64,000 nucleotides of DNA. Source: Spirochaetia bacterium (GTDB lineage Bacteria; Spirochaetota; Spirochaetia; UBA9216). Within the stretch, counting starts at the first letter, position 1. The number at the start of each line of letters is the position of its first letter. Location of the stretch: assembly GCA_963677925.2 (NCBI GenBank), contig CAXXYH010000003.1:832001-896000 (forward strand). The letters run 5' to 3'. A model generated the notes under the pieces. That model was not told the DNA's origin. It did not search any database and saw only the letters and a program-made list of their open reading frames with translations. A program made the position numbers and the translations under genes. Shown here piece after piece: positions 39,213-48,324 of the stretch.

Positions 39213-41327
39213 TTGGATTTCAGCAAAAACGAAAACGACTGGAAAGATTTTCTTGGCGTTGAACATAAGCCTGCAGTCGAAGCGGTAATCAGGCGCATAG
39301 TCAAACGTGACGGAAAAATAGAACAGTACGACAGATGGAAAATCGCAAGCGCAATCGGAAGGGCTGTCTCTGCAGTTCAGGAATCTGAAAATCCTGAGTT
39401 GGTAGAAGAACTTACCTGCCAGGTTGAAACAGCGCTTAAATCATTCATGAAGGGACGGCACCCTAATTCTGCGCCTGCAATCGAAGAGATTCAGGATATC
39501 GTAGAGCACATTCTTGTTGAATCAGGACAGGTTGATATAGCAAAAGCATACATTATCTACCGTGCCAGGCATGAAGTTATCCGTGATACCAGGAAACTTA
39601 TGCTCGACATCAACAATACCATGGACGGCTACCTGCAGCAGTCTGACTGGCGCGTAAATGAAAACGCAAACGTCAACTTCTCACTGGGAGGCCTGATTCT
39701 GCATAACTCCGGTACAATTACAGCCAACTACTGGCTGAAAAACATCTACCGGGAAGAAGTAGCCGAAGCGCATAGAAACGCGGATTTTCATATTCATGAT
39801 TTATCCATGTTTTCAGGCTATTGTGCCGGATGGTCGCTCAGACAGCTGATACAGGAAGGTCTCGGCGGAGTACCCGACAAGATCACATCGCTGCCGGCAG
39901 CCCACCTTTCAACTCTGATTCAGCAGATAGTAAACTTTCTCGGAATCATGCAGAATGAATGGGCCGGCGCCCAGGCACTCTCAAGCTTTGATACCTATCT
40001 TGCTCCATTTGTAAAGGCCGATGAGCTTTCGCATAAGGAAGTGAAACAGGGGCTTCAGAGCTTTATCTTCGGAGTTAATACTCCATCAAGATGGGGCAGT
40101 CAGGCACCTTTTACAAACATCACACTGGACTGGATAGTTCCTGACGATCTGAAGGATAAACCTGCAATCGTAGGCGGAAAGGAAATGGATTTCACCTACG
40201 GCGAATGCCAGGATGAAATGGATATAATCAACAAGGCTTTCATTGAGCTTATGATTACCGGAGATGCAAACGGACGCGGATTCCAGTACCCCATTCCTAC
40301 TTATAACATTACAAAGAACTTCAACTGGACATCACCGAATGCAAAGCTTCTGTTTGAAATGACTGCTAAATACGGAACACCCTACTTTCAGAATTTCATC
40401 AATTCAGATCTCAACCCCGGTGATGTACGTTCCATGTGCTGCAGACTTCAGCTTGACAAGAGAGAACTTAGAAAAAGAGGCGGAGGCCTTTTCGGCTCAG
40501 ATGAGTTCACAGGATCGATAGGTGTTGTCACTATTAACCTGCCGAAAATAGGATATCTCTCCAATTCAAGAAATGATTTCTTCAGCCGGCTTGCCCACCT
40601 GATGGATCTTGCTGCGGAATCACTGTCGATGAAGAGAAAGGTAGTTAACAGGCTGATGGATTCGGGACTCTTTCCCTACACAAAACGCTATCTGTCACAT
40701 CTCAACAACCATTTCTCAACAATCGGGATCTGCGGAATGAACGAGTGTCTGCTTAACTTCATGGGCAAGGACATCCTTGACACCGAGGGCAGAGAGTTCG
40801 CACTTGAGGTTCTTGATTTCATGAGGGACAGACTGGCCGATTACCAGGAAAAAACCGGTGACCTCTACAACCTTGAAGCCACACCTGCTGAAAGTACAAG
40901 CTACCGTCTTGCAAAGCACGACAAGCAGCGATATCCGGATATTATTACTGCCGGTACAGACGATCCCTATTACACCAATTCTTCACAGCTGCCGGTAGAC
41001 TTTACGACAGATATCTTTGAAGCACTCGATCTGCAGGATGAACTTCAGATTAAATACACCGGAGGAACGGTTTTCCACGGATTCCTCGGCGAGGCAATTG
41101 ACGACTGGGAATCCTGCATGAATCTGGTGAGAGGTATTGCCAGCAACTACCACCTGCCCTACTTCACAATATCACCGACATTCTCGGTATGTCCGAAGCA
41201 CGGCTACCTGAACGGCGAACATTTCAACTGTCCGAAATGTGCTGATGAGGAAAAAGCGGAAATTGCAAAGAAAATTGAACAGCTTGAAAAAGAAAAATCA
41301 TCGCTCTTTGGAGCAGAAAACAGATAA
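39213..41327 (+). CDS. nrdD: Class III ribonucleotide reductase catalytic core lacking the glycyl-radical segment
   Basis: ATP cone, HIHDL, YCAGWS, SMCCRL, TGSIGVVTINL, EATPAESTSYRLA, YYTNSS, Zn site CPKH...CPKC. No RxxGY motif before the TAA. Confidence 0.95.
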   Translation: MDFSKNENDWKDFLGVEHKPAVEAVIRRIVKRDGKIEQYDRWKIASAIGRAVSAVQESENPELVEELTCQVETALKSFMKGRHPNSAPAIEEIQDIVEHILVESGQVDIAKAYIIYRARHEVIRDTRKLMLDINNTMDGYLQQSDWRVNENANVNFSLGGLILHNSGTITANYWLKNIYREEVAEAHRNADFHIHDLSMFSGYCAGWSLRQLIQEGLGGVPDKITSLPAAHLSTLIQQIVNFLGIMQNEWAGAQALSSFDTYLAPFVKADELSHKEVKQGLQSFIFGVNTPSRWGSQAPFTNITLDWIVPDDLKDKPAIVGGKEMDFTYGECQDEMDIINKAFIELMITGDANGRGFQYPIPTYNITKNFNWTSPNAKLLFEMTAKYGTPYFQNFINSDLNPGDVRSMCCRLQLDKRELRKRGGGLFGSDEFTGSIGVVTINLPKIGYLSNSRNDFFSRLAHLMDLAAESLSMKRKVVNRLMDSGLFPYTKRYLSHLNNHFSTIGICGMNECLLNFMGKDILDTEGREFALEVLDFMRDRLADYQEKTGDLYNLEATPAESTSYRLAKHDKQRYPDIITAGTDDPYYTNSSQLPVDFTTDIFEALDLQDELQIKYTGGTVFHGFLGEAIDDWESCMNLVRGIASNYHLPYFTISPTFSVCPKHGYLNGEHFNCPKCADEEKAEIAKKIEQLEKEKSSLFGAENR

Positions 41328-41340
41328 CTGGGAGAACATT

Positions 41341-41868
41341 ATGAAAACTGTTGAAACAATTGAAAAAGAAATCAGAACACTGAAGGACAAACTTCAGACC
41401 GTTAAGGGAACCGAAACCGAAGTGTATACAAGAATTGTAGGATACTACCGGTCTGTAAGAAACTGGAACAAGGGTAAAAGAGACGAGTACAACCACAGAA
41501 CACTTTTTTCCCAGCCCGACAAGCCTTCTGTAAGAGAAGCCGCCGGAGCCGCCATCAGCACTGCTACATACACTGATCAGAGCCCCGCATCATTCCTTCA
41601 GCAGGAAACATCAGTTCAGCCTTCTTCATATATTTACTTTTACAGGACTACATGTCCCAACTGTCCGCCCGTTAAAAACTGGCTTGAAGGTTTCTACATG
41701 AACGGAAAAACAGTTAATGTAGATGAAAAATCAGGTTTTGAACTTGCAGGAAAATACAAAATTTTCGTATCACCTACAGTTGTCTTCATCGATGAATCGG
41801 GAAATGAGCTCTACAGGGCCACAAGTGTTGATTCACTGAAGTCACTTTTCACTGAAGTTTTAGTTTAA
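41341..41868 (+). CDS. Stand-alone NrdD glycyl-radical segment fused to a thioredoxin/glutaredoxin-like domain
   Basis: Own GGGAG RBS and ATG at 41341. EVYTRIVGYYRSVRNWNKGKRDEY, then a linker, then YFYRTTCPNCPPVK...VSPTVVF (CxxC plus cis-Pro motif). Confidence 0.9.
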   Translation: MKTVETIEKEIRTLKDKLQTVKGTETEVYTRIVGYYRSVRNWNKGKRDEYNHRTLFSQPDKPSVREAAGAAISTATYTDQSPASFLQQETSVQPSSYIYFYRTTCPNCPPVKNWLEGFYMNGKTVNVDEKSGFELAGKYKIFVSPTVVFIDESGNELYRATSVDSLKSLFTEVLV

Positions 41869-41871
41869 AAA

Positions 41872-42573
41872 ATGCAGGAAAAACTGTTCGGGCTTACCCG
41901 GACTACACTTCTTGATTACCCGGGAAAGGTTGCAGCAACAGTCTTTACCCGGGGCTGTAATATGAGGTGTCCCTACTGTCATAATCCCGGACTTGTCTGC
42001 GGAGATGACAGGGAGGGCCTTCTTACCTGGACAGAAATAATCGAATATTTAAAAAAACGTCAGGGACTCCTGGGCGGAGTATGTATATCGGGCGGAGAAC
42101 CGATGATACACATCGATATTGATGAAAAGATTGACGAACTGCACAGCCTCGGCTACAAGGTTAAAATTGACACAAACGGAGCACTCCCTGACAGACTTAA
42201 AACACTTAAAGCCGACTATATTGCCATGGATATCAAAACAGCCCCGTCACGCTATGCTGTTATGGGTTATACGGGAAGCCGCAGCGAGATAAAAGACCGG
42301 ATTCTCGAATCAATCGGAATTATAAAAAATTCGGGAATTGCCCACCACTTCAGAACTACGGCCGTACCTGAGCTTGTAACTTCGGATGATATCAGGGAAA
42401 TAGTAAAACTTCTTGACGGTGAAGAGAATTTTGTAATTCAGGGATTCAGACCAGGAAACACTCTTGATCCCGATTATTCCAGGCTGAATGCTGCCGACGC
42501 GGTGTACCTTGACCGTCTGAAAACTATCGTAGAAGAGGCAGGAATCAACTGCATGGTAAAATACAACAATTAA
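41872..42573 (+). CDS. nrdG: Anaerobic RNR activating enzyme (radical SAM)
   Basis: DYPGKVAATVFTRGCNMRCPYCHN, SGGEP, KIDTNG, MDIK. Confidence 0.95.
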   Translation: MQEKLFGLTRTTLLDYPGKVAATVFTRGCNMRCPYCHNPGLVCGDDREGLLTWTEIIEYLKKRQGLLGGVCISGGEPMIHIDIDEKIDELHSLGYKVKIDTNGALPDRLKTLKADYIAMDIKTAPSRYAVMGYTGSRSEIKDRILESIGIIKNSGIAHHFRTTAVPELVTSDDIREIVKLLDGEENFVIQGFRPGNTLDPDYSRLNAADAVYLDRLKTIVEEAGINCMVKYNN

Positions 42574-43712
42574 TAGTCTTCCTGCAGAAGAAACTCAGTA
42601 AATTGATATTCGAACTTTCTGGGCACCATTATTTCGTTAACACAGCTGATGGCATAATCATCTGACATTCCGGCTATATAATCATAGACAATCATATCCA
42701 TATTACCGTCGACCTCCTGATAGAAGTCTTTCATCTTACGGTAGTAATCTCCGAATCTGGCTGCCAGGAAATTATTTTCAGAGCGGTAATGCCCTGTATT
42801 CTCACCGCCGTTTTCGAAGAGATCAGTAAGATATTCAAACAGAACCTTCAGCATTCTTTCAAAGTATCCATGATACGTGGAAAGCAGCGGATTTTTATAG
42901 ATTCTGCGGTAGTTGAACTCAACAAGAACAAGCATTGCCTTGAATATGTCATCTGAAAAGCCGATCCTGCCGGTTTCCAGAGAAGTAGCAATGAGATCAT
43001 TTACCATCGAGTTGATAATCTCGCTGTTGCTGTTGCCGAGCACCCGTGTAACATCTTCGGGAATATCTTCCTGGCTGATAATCTTCAGGTGCATTGCATC
43101 TTCAAGATCACGGCCCATGTAGGCTATCTTATCCGACATACGCACAACAACGCCTTCCCAGGTTGCGGGATAATTCTCACGGTTTTTAATCTCAGAAAGA
43201 TTTTTAACGGTAAAATCGGGAATCATTGACTGCTCAAATTTTTCTCCGCAGTGGTTTAAAATGCCGTCTCTGACAGCGTAGGCAAGGTTCAGACCCTTTC
43301 CATAGCCTGCAAGATGATCTACGACCCGCAGCGAATATATCTCATGCTTGAAACCGCCTTTATCCTTCATCAGATCTGAAAGAATGGTCTCTCCGACATG
43401 TCCGAAGGGAGTATGTCCAAGATCATGCCCGAGACCGATTGCCCAGGCTAGATCAGCATCAAGATCCAGAGCTCTGCAGATAGTTGCAGCAACCGAGGCA
43501 ACATGCATCACATGCTCTATTCGGGTACATATATGATCATTATGGGGAGAAAAGAAGACCTGGGTTTTGTGCTTCAGTCTTCTGAATGGATAACTGTGGA
43601 TAATTGCCGTGGTGTCACGGAAATATGCCGACCGAAGATCCCGATCTCTGGCATGTAGACGCTTTGTAAGGTCGGTTTGGGGAATAGGGTTTTCAAAAAA
43701 TAGACTAGGCAT
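42570..43712 (-). CDS. dgt: dGTP triphosphohydrolase-like HD protein
   Basis: FRRLKHKTQVF, TRIEH, GHDLGHTPFGH, SDKIAY..RDLED, DYIAGMSDDY. Confidence 0.88.
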   Translation of the reverse strand: MPSLFFENPIPQTDLTKRLHARDRDLRSAYFRDTTAIIHSYPFRRLKHKTQVFFSPHNDHICTRIEHVMHVASVAATICRALDLDADLAWAIGLGHDLGHTPFGHVGETILSDLMKDKGGFKHEIYSLRVVDHLAGYGKGLNLAYAVRDGILNHCGEKFEQSMIPDFTVKNLSEIKNRENYPATWEGVVVRMSDKIAYMGRDLEDAMHLKIISQEDIPEDVTRVLGNSNSEIINSMVNDLIATSLETGRIGFSDDIFKAMLVLVEFNYRRIYKNPLLSTYHGYFERMLKVLFEYLTDLFENGGENTGHYRSENNFLAARFGDYYRKMKDFYQEVDGNMDMIVYDYIAGMSDDYAISCVNEIMVPRKFEYQFTEFLLQEDY

Positions 43713-43780
43713 AAGAATTCCAAAAAATCATTGCATTTTCAACATAAAGTTTATATCATTGTTATTGGTATGGTCAACTT

Positions 43781-45862
43781 ATGAAAGGTGAGAAGATACT
43801 CATCGTCGAAGACGAAAGAATAATTGCTATTGATTTGCAGCGCCGACTGGAACGTTATGGTTATACCGTTGTTGCTATTTCCGCAACAGCTGATCATGCC
43901 ATAGATATGGTCGAACGTCATTCTCCTGATATCATCCTGATGGATATTCATATCATCGGAGATATTGACGGTATTGAAACTGCAAAGATAATAAAGTCAC
44001 GTTACGCTATTCCTGTAATTTTTCTTACTGCGTTTTCTAATCAGGAGATTATAGAACGTGCGAAAATTGCAGAGCCCTCAGGCTATATCCTTAAGCCTTT
44101 CAAGGATAAGGAACTGTACACAACAATTGATATTGCTCTTTACAAGTACCGTGTCGATCAGGAACTTAAAAAGCAGCAGAGATGGTCTACAGCCATTCTT
44201 CATTCAATAGCCGACGGGATTATCGCAACCGATAAGGAAAACAGCATCATCCTTATCAACCCTGTAGCCGAGAAGATTACCGGCTGGGAAGAAAAGGATG
44301 TAATCGGTAAAAGCCTGAATGAGATAATCCTGCTTGAGGATATGAATCAGTCGGACAGCCCTGTTGTAAACCTTCCTGAAAGTGACGAGATGATCGTCCG
44401 CAGACGGCCCTTTACCTTTAAAAACTGCTATCTTTCAAACAATCACGGCGAAAAACTTCAGGTTGAAGGCAGTCTTGCAGCTATCATGGACAAGCCCGGC
44501 AATTTTGAAGGACTTGTACTTGCTATCAGGGATATGACTACAGTAAAGAAGCTCTCCGAAGCAATAGCTTACCATACAAGCCATGACAACCTGACAGGAC
44601 TTTCCAACAGAGACAGTTTTTCACTTAAACTGGAATCACTGCTAACTGAAAGTGAATCAATGGAGGAGGAAAACGCCCTTCTTTTCATTGACATGGACAG
44701 GTTTAAAATTATCAATGATACATGCGGACATACGACAGCTGATACAATGCTGGTCAATGTTGCCAATATCATAAAGGATCATTCAGAAACTTCTGAGCAC
44801 AGCGCAAGACTCGGCGGAGACCAGTTCGGGCTCATCCTTAACGGCTCCGACAGAGATGATATTGTTGCAAAAGCAACTAAGCTTCATAATCAGTTCCACA
44901 CGCTTAGACTCGAATGGGAAGAAAAGGTTTTTCCATACGATACAAGCATTGGAATAGCCTTTCTGGAAGGTACGGAAAAATCGGTCTCAGTTCTACTGGC
45001 CGAAGTAGATGATGCCTGTTTTGTTGCCAAAGAAGAAGGCGGCAACAGGATTAAAATCTATAACGAGATGGAGAACCAGTTTCAAAAACGCCGCGGCGAA
45101 ATGGAATGGGTATCTAAACTCTCCAGGGCTCTTGATAAGAACAGATTTGAACTGTACATCCAGGAAATCAGACCTCTTAACAGCAGTGCAGATACACCCA
45201 GCAAGGGTGAAATTCTTATCAGGATGAGAAATGAGGAAGGCCAGATTGTAATGCCGGCCGACTTCATTCCTGCAGCGGAACGTTATAATATGATGGCTCA
45301 GATTGACAGATGGGTAATTTCAGAGTCTATCCGCCTCTTTCGTGAAAACATGAAGCATGGAAGGCTGAAGCATATTCAGCAGTTCTCTGTGAACCTTTCA
45401 GCACAGTCCATGACAGACAACAGCATACTTGGTTTTATTAAGGAACAGTTCAGGGATGCCGGGATTTCTCCCGAGCATTTCTGTTTTGAAATAACTGAAA
45501 CAGCCACCATCAGCAATATGGCATCGGCACATGAGTTTATAAACGATTTAAAACAGACAGGCTGTTCATTCGCCCTCGATGATTTCGGCAGCGGTTTCTC
45601 TTCGTTCAATTACCTTAAAAACCTTCCGGTCGATTATCTAAAAATTGACGGTGTGTTTGTACGGAATATGCATGAGGACAGTGTGAACAAAGCGATGGTT
45701 GAGGCTATTAATACAATGGGCCATATCATGGGCAAGAAAACAATCGCAGAGTTCGTAAGCAATTCAACAATAATCAACATGCTTAGTGAATTGAAGGTAG
45801 ACTACGCCCAGGGTTACGAGATATCAAAACCCATACCGCTTGAATCCAAAAACTGGGCTTAA
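43781..45862 (+). CDS. REC-PAS-GGDEF-EAL c-di-GMP signalling protein
   Basis: Receiver domain (IVEDE, LMDI, KP), PAS, HDNLTGLSNR/GGDQF, EIL motif, FEITE, ALDDFGSG, KIDG, QGY. Confidence 0.93.
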   Translation: MKGEKILIVEDERIIAIDLQRRLERYGYTVVAISATADHAIDMVERHSPDIILMDIHIIGDIDGIETAKIIKSRYAIPVIFLTAFSNQEIIERAKIAEPSGYILKPFKDKELYTTIDIALYKYRVDQELKKQQRWSTAILHSIADGIIATDKENSIILINPVAEKITGWEEKDVIGKSLNEIILLEDMNQSDSPVVNLPESDEMIVRRRPFTFKNCYLSNNHGEKLQVEGSLAAIMDKPGNFEGLVLAIRDMTTVKKLSEAIAYHTSHDNLTGLSNRDSFSLKLESLLTESESMEEENALLFIDMDRFKIINDTCGHTTADTMLVNVANIIKDHSETSEHSARLGGDQFGLILNGSDRDDIVAKATKLHNQFHTLRLEWEEKVFPYDTSIGIAFLEGTEKSVSVLLAEVDDACFVAKEEGGNRIKIYNEMENQFQKRRGEMEWVSKLSRALDKNRFELYIQEIRPLNSSADTPSKGEILIRMRNEEGQIVMPADFIPAAERYNMMAQIDRWVISESIRLFRENMKHGRLKHIQQFSVNLSAQSMTDNSILGFIKEQFRDAGISPEHFCFEITETATISNMASAHEFINDLKQTGCSFALDDFGSGFSSFNYLKNLPVDYLKIDGVFVRNMHEDSVNKAMVEAINTMGHIMGKKTIAEFVSNSTIINMLSELKVDYAQGYEISKPIPLESKNWA

Positions 45863-45877
45863 CAGTATCCCGGCGTA

Positions 45878-47152
45878 TTAATTAGTAAGGCCGGCGACAG
45901 CAGCACCTATTACCGGGGCGTTGTCAACCTTTTTAATCACATAATGAAGTCCGCGTTTGGAAAACTCCGCTTTCAGGTACTTCTCTACCCTGTCCCTGAA
46001 ACCGCTTAACATCCAGAAGGTAGAGCCGTCCGGACATATGCAGATGGGATGCTCAGTACTGAGTCCGCTTTCAGATTTCACCGCAACTGCAGTCAGCTTA
46101 ACGGCAGTCAAAAGAGCCGCTCTTTCAATTACAGCATCGCATATCAGTCTCGACGCTTCAGCAGCTGCACTGTCAGCAGAACCAGCTTCAATTGCCGAAG
46201 AATCATCACCGTCCATGAAACTGCTTAAACCTGCTCCGTCCATATTTTTTATTTCAGCCTCAAATACATTTTCTGACGCGGCGGATTTAAGAGTAAAACT
46301 GCATAGAGGTCCAAGATAGGCACCGGAGATCATCTTTTCGTAATGATATATAGCCGGATCTACCGTTGAGGCTCTGAATGCAGCATCGATATCGGTAGAA
46401 GGAGCTTCGTGATAGGAGCCTGATTCCATATTTATGATCTGCTTTTCAGTCTGCTGCAGACCTGGTACCTTGGATATGTTTGAATTCTTCTCCTGATAAC
46501 AGGCATTTATTCCGGTTCCCACTATCAGACCTATAAAGGAATCATAGTTTTCCGAACCTGGAGCAGATTTTCCGGCCAGCATTGTAGCAACGGTATCGTT
46601 TAAAAGGATAATCTTTTCGATATGGGAAACGCCCCGCTCAGCCAGCGCATCTAAAACACCCTTTCCGACAAGGCAGCCTTCGACTTCTGGGGCTTTGATT
46701 TCTTTGCTGAATTTAAGAAGTCTGCCGTCCCTTTCCGGAGTTTTTTCCATGGCATAACTGAAACAGAACCCGATCTTCGCAGCTTTTGGTGCAAGATCCA
46801 TTATAAAATCAGCTATCTCTCCGAAAAACTCGGACTTTGAAAGCTCTCGTTCAATTCCGGGCATACTTCTTTTTTTGAAATTGCTTATTACAGCATTTTT
46901 GTCAGAATCGAATTTGACCAGCGCGGCTCTGAAATTTGTTCCTCCGGCATCAAGGACAAGTACACTTTTATCAAGGGGAAGTTCACCAGCGGATTCAATA
47001 TAAGTAGGAATCATGGGAAGAGAGGATGAACTGCTTAAGCCCTTTTCCATTTCTGCAAGGAAATCATCCGTACATTTATCAAAGTTATAAAACTCTGAGG
47101 AAAGTCTGTGTTTTGATAAAAATTTTTCGGCCTTGATCAGATTATCTTTCAT
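45878..47152 (-). CDS. Hexokinase (eukaryote-type hexokinase family)
   Basis: LPMIPTY, LDAGGTNFR, GFCFSY, NDTVAT, IVGTGINACY, INMESG, EKMISGAYLG. Confidence 0.92.
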   Translation of the reverse strand: MKDNLIKAEKFLSKHRLSSEFYNFDKCTDDFLAEMEKGLSSSSSLPMIPTYIESAGELPLDKSVLVLDAGGTNFRAALVKFDSDKNAVISNFKKRSMPGIERELSKSEFFGEIADFIMDLAPKAAKIGFCFSYAMEKTPERDGRLLKFSKEIKAPEVEGCLVGKGVLDALAERGVSHIEKIILLNDTVATMLAGKSAPGSENYDSFIGLIVGTGINACYQEKNSNISKVPGLQQTEKQIINMESGSYHEAPSTDIDAAFRASTVDPAIYHYEKMISGAYLGPLCSFTLKSAASENVFEAEIKNMDGAGLSSFMDGDDSSAIEAGSADSAAAEASRLICDAVIERAALLTAVKLTAVAVKSESGLSTEHPICICPDGSTFWMLSGFRDRVEKYLKAEFSKRGLHYVIKKVDNAPVIGAAVAGLTN

Positions 47153-47216
47153 TTAACCACCTTTTCAAGTATAATACATTAAATTAAAATAAAATGAAAA
47201 GGGTAGATCAGACATA

Positions 47217-48320
47217 ATGCCTTCGCAATCCGATGTAGCAAAACTTGCAAATGTCTCGTTCATGACCGTATCAAGAGTCATTAACGGTAAGGACAATGTA
47301 AAGGAAGATACCCGACGCAGGGTTCTCAAAGCCATTGAAGAACTTGGTTACTATCCCAACGCAGCGGCAAGAGCTCTTAACAACAACAAAACGGATGGAA
47401 TAGGTATTATTATACCTCATGCCGAGTTTATGACTGTTGCTCCCTATTTTCTTGATCTCATTACAAGCCTGGAAAGAAATATAGATAGAATGGGCTACCA
47501 TCTGGTATTCAAACTTCCAAGTGCCATTAAGACAGCATCAGATTACTCACAGCTGTATCTGGAAAGAAAGGTTGACGGGGTCATTGTACTTGCGCCCTCT
47601 GTTGACCAGTGGCTGCTTAGAAAACTTGTTACCGATAATGTGCCATCTGTAGTTGTTTACGGACGTGATGATGAACTTGATATTAACTATATAGATGCCA
47701 ATAACCACAAGGGTGCGCTTTCGGCAATCGACTATCTGATAAACCTCGGCCATAAGCGCATAGGGATGGTAACAGGAAGCACTACTCTGATTTGCGGACG
47801 CGATAGAATAAGCGGCTACCTTGAGGCCATTGAAAAAAATAATCTGCCTGTTGATAAAAGGCTTATTTACTATGGAGACTGGCAGCCGGAGAGCGGTAAA
47901 AAGGCTTTTAAATACTTCATGGGCCTGGAAAAACAGCCTACAGCCGTATTCTGCGCCAATGACCACATGGCTCTCGGCCTGATGAATGCAGCATTTGAAG
48001 CAGGACTGCGTATACCTCAGGATCTTTCAGTTTTCGGATATAATAATATTACCTACTCGGAATTTCTCACTCCGCCGCTTACGACCATGAAACAGCCGCT
48101 TGAAGAAATCGGCAACATGGCTGTTGAACTGCTTGTGAAGGTAATTGAGGAACCCTCAAGGCCTAAAGAAAAGATTATGATGGATACCGAACTGGTAGTG
48201 CGAAAATCCTGCTGTCCGCCCCGGAAGACTGATCATATTAAAATCAAACCCTCAGATCCTCTTGAACTTCCAGCTCTCAGGGTGGGTCCTGTATACCCCC
48301 ACCCCTACAGGAAGGAATAA
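47217..48320 (+). CDS. LacI-family transcriptional regulator
   Basis: DVAKLANVSFMTVSRVIN HTH, YYPNAAARAL, AVFCAND, PPLTTM. Confidence 0.95.
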   Translation: MPSQSDVAKLANVSFMTVSRVINGKDNVKEDTRRRVLKAIEELGYYPNAAARALNNNKTDGIGIIIPHAEFMTVAPYFLDLITSLERNIDRMGYHLVFKLPSAIKTASDYSQLYLERKVDGVIVLAPSVDQWLLRKLVTDNVPSVVVYGRDDELDINYIDANNHKGALSAIDYLINLGHKRIGMVTGSTTLICGRDRISGYLEAIEKNNLPVDKRLIYYGDWQPESGKKAFKYFMGLEKQPTAVFCANDHMALGLMNAAFEAGLRIPQDLSVFGYNNITYSEFLTPPLTTMKQPLEEIGNMAVELLVKVIEEPSRPKEKIMMDTELVVRKSCCPPRKTDHIKIKPSDPLELPALRVGPVYPHPYRKE

Positions 48321-48324
48321 AGCA

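Noticed and set aside
41239-41340. Upstream extension of the small nrdD-associated ORF (MLMRKKRK...), suggesting a +1 frameshift that would fuse it to NrdD
   Set aside because: The +1 frame is open but encodes a Lys/Arg-rich shadow of the A-rich coiled-coil codons. The GGGAG RBS and ATG at 41341, and sensible helices on both sides, favour two genes. Not fully excluded without reads.
44560-45060. GGDQF variant in the REC-PAS-GGDEF-EAL protein
   Set aside because: Degenerate GGDEF motifs are common in hybrid phosphodiesterases; not notable alone.
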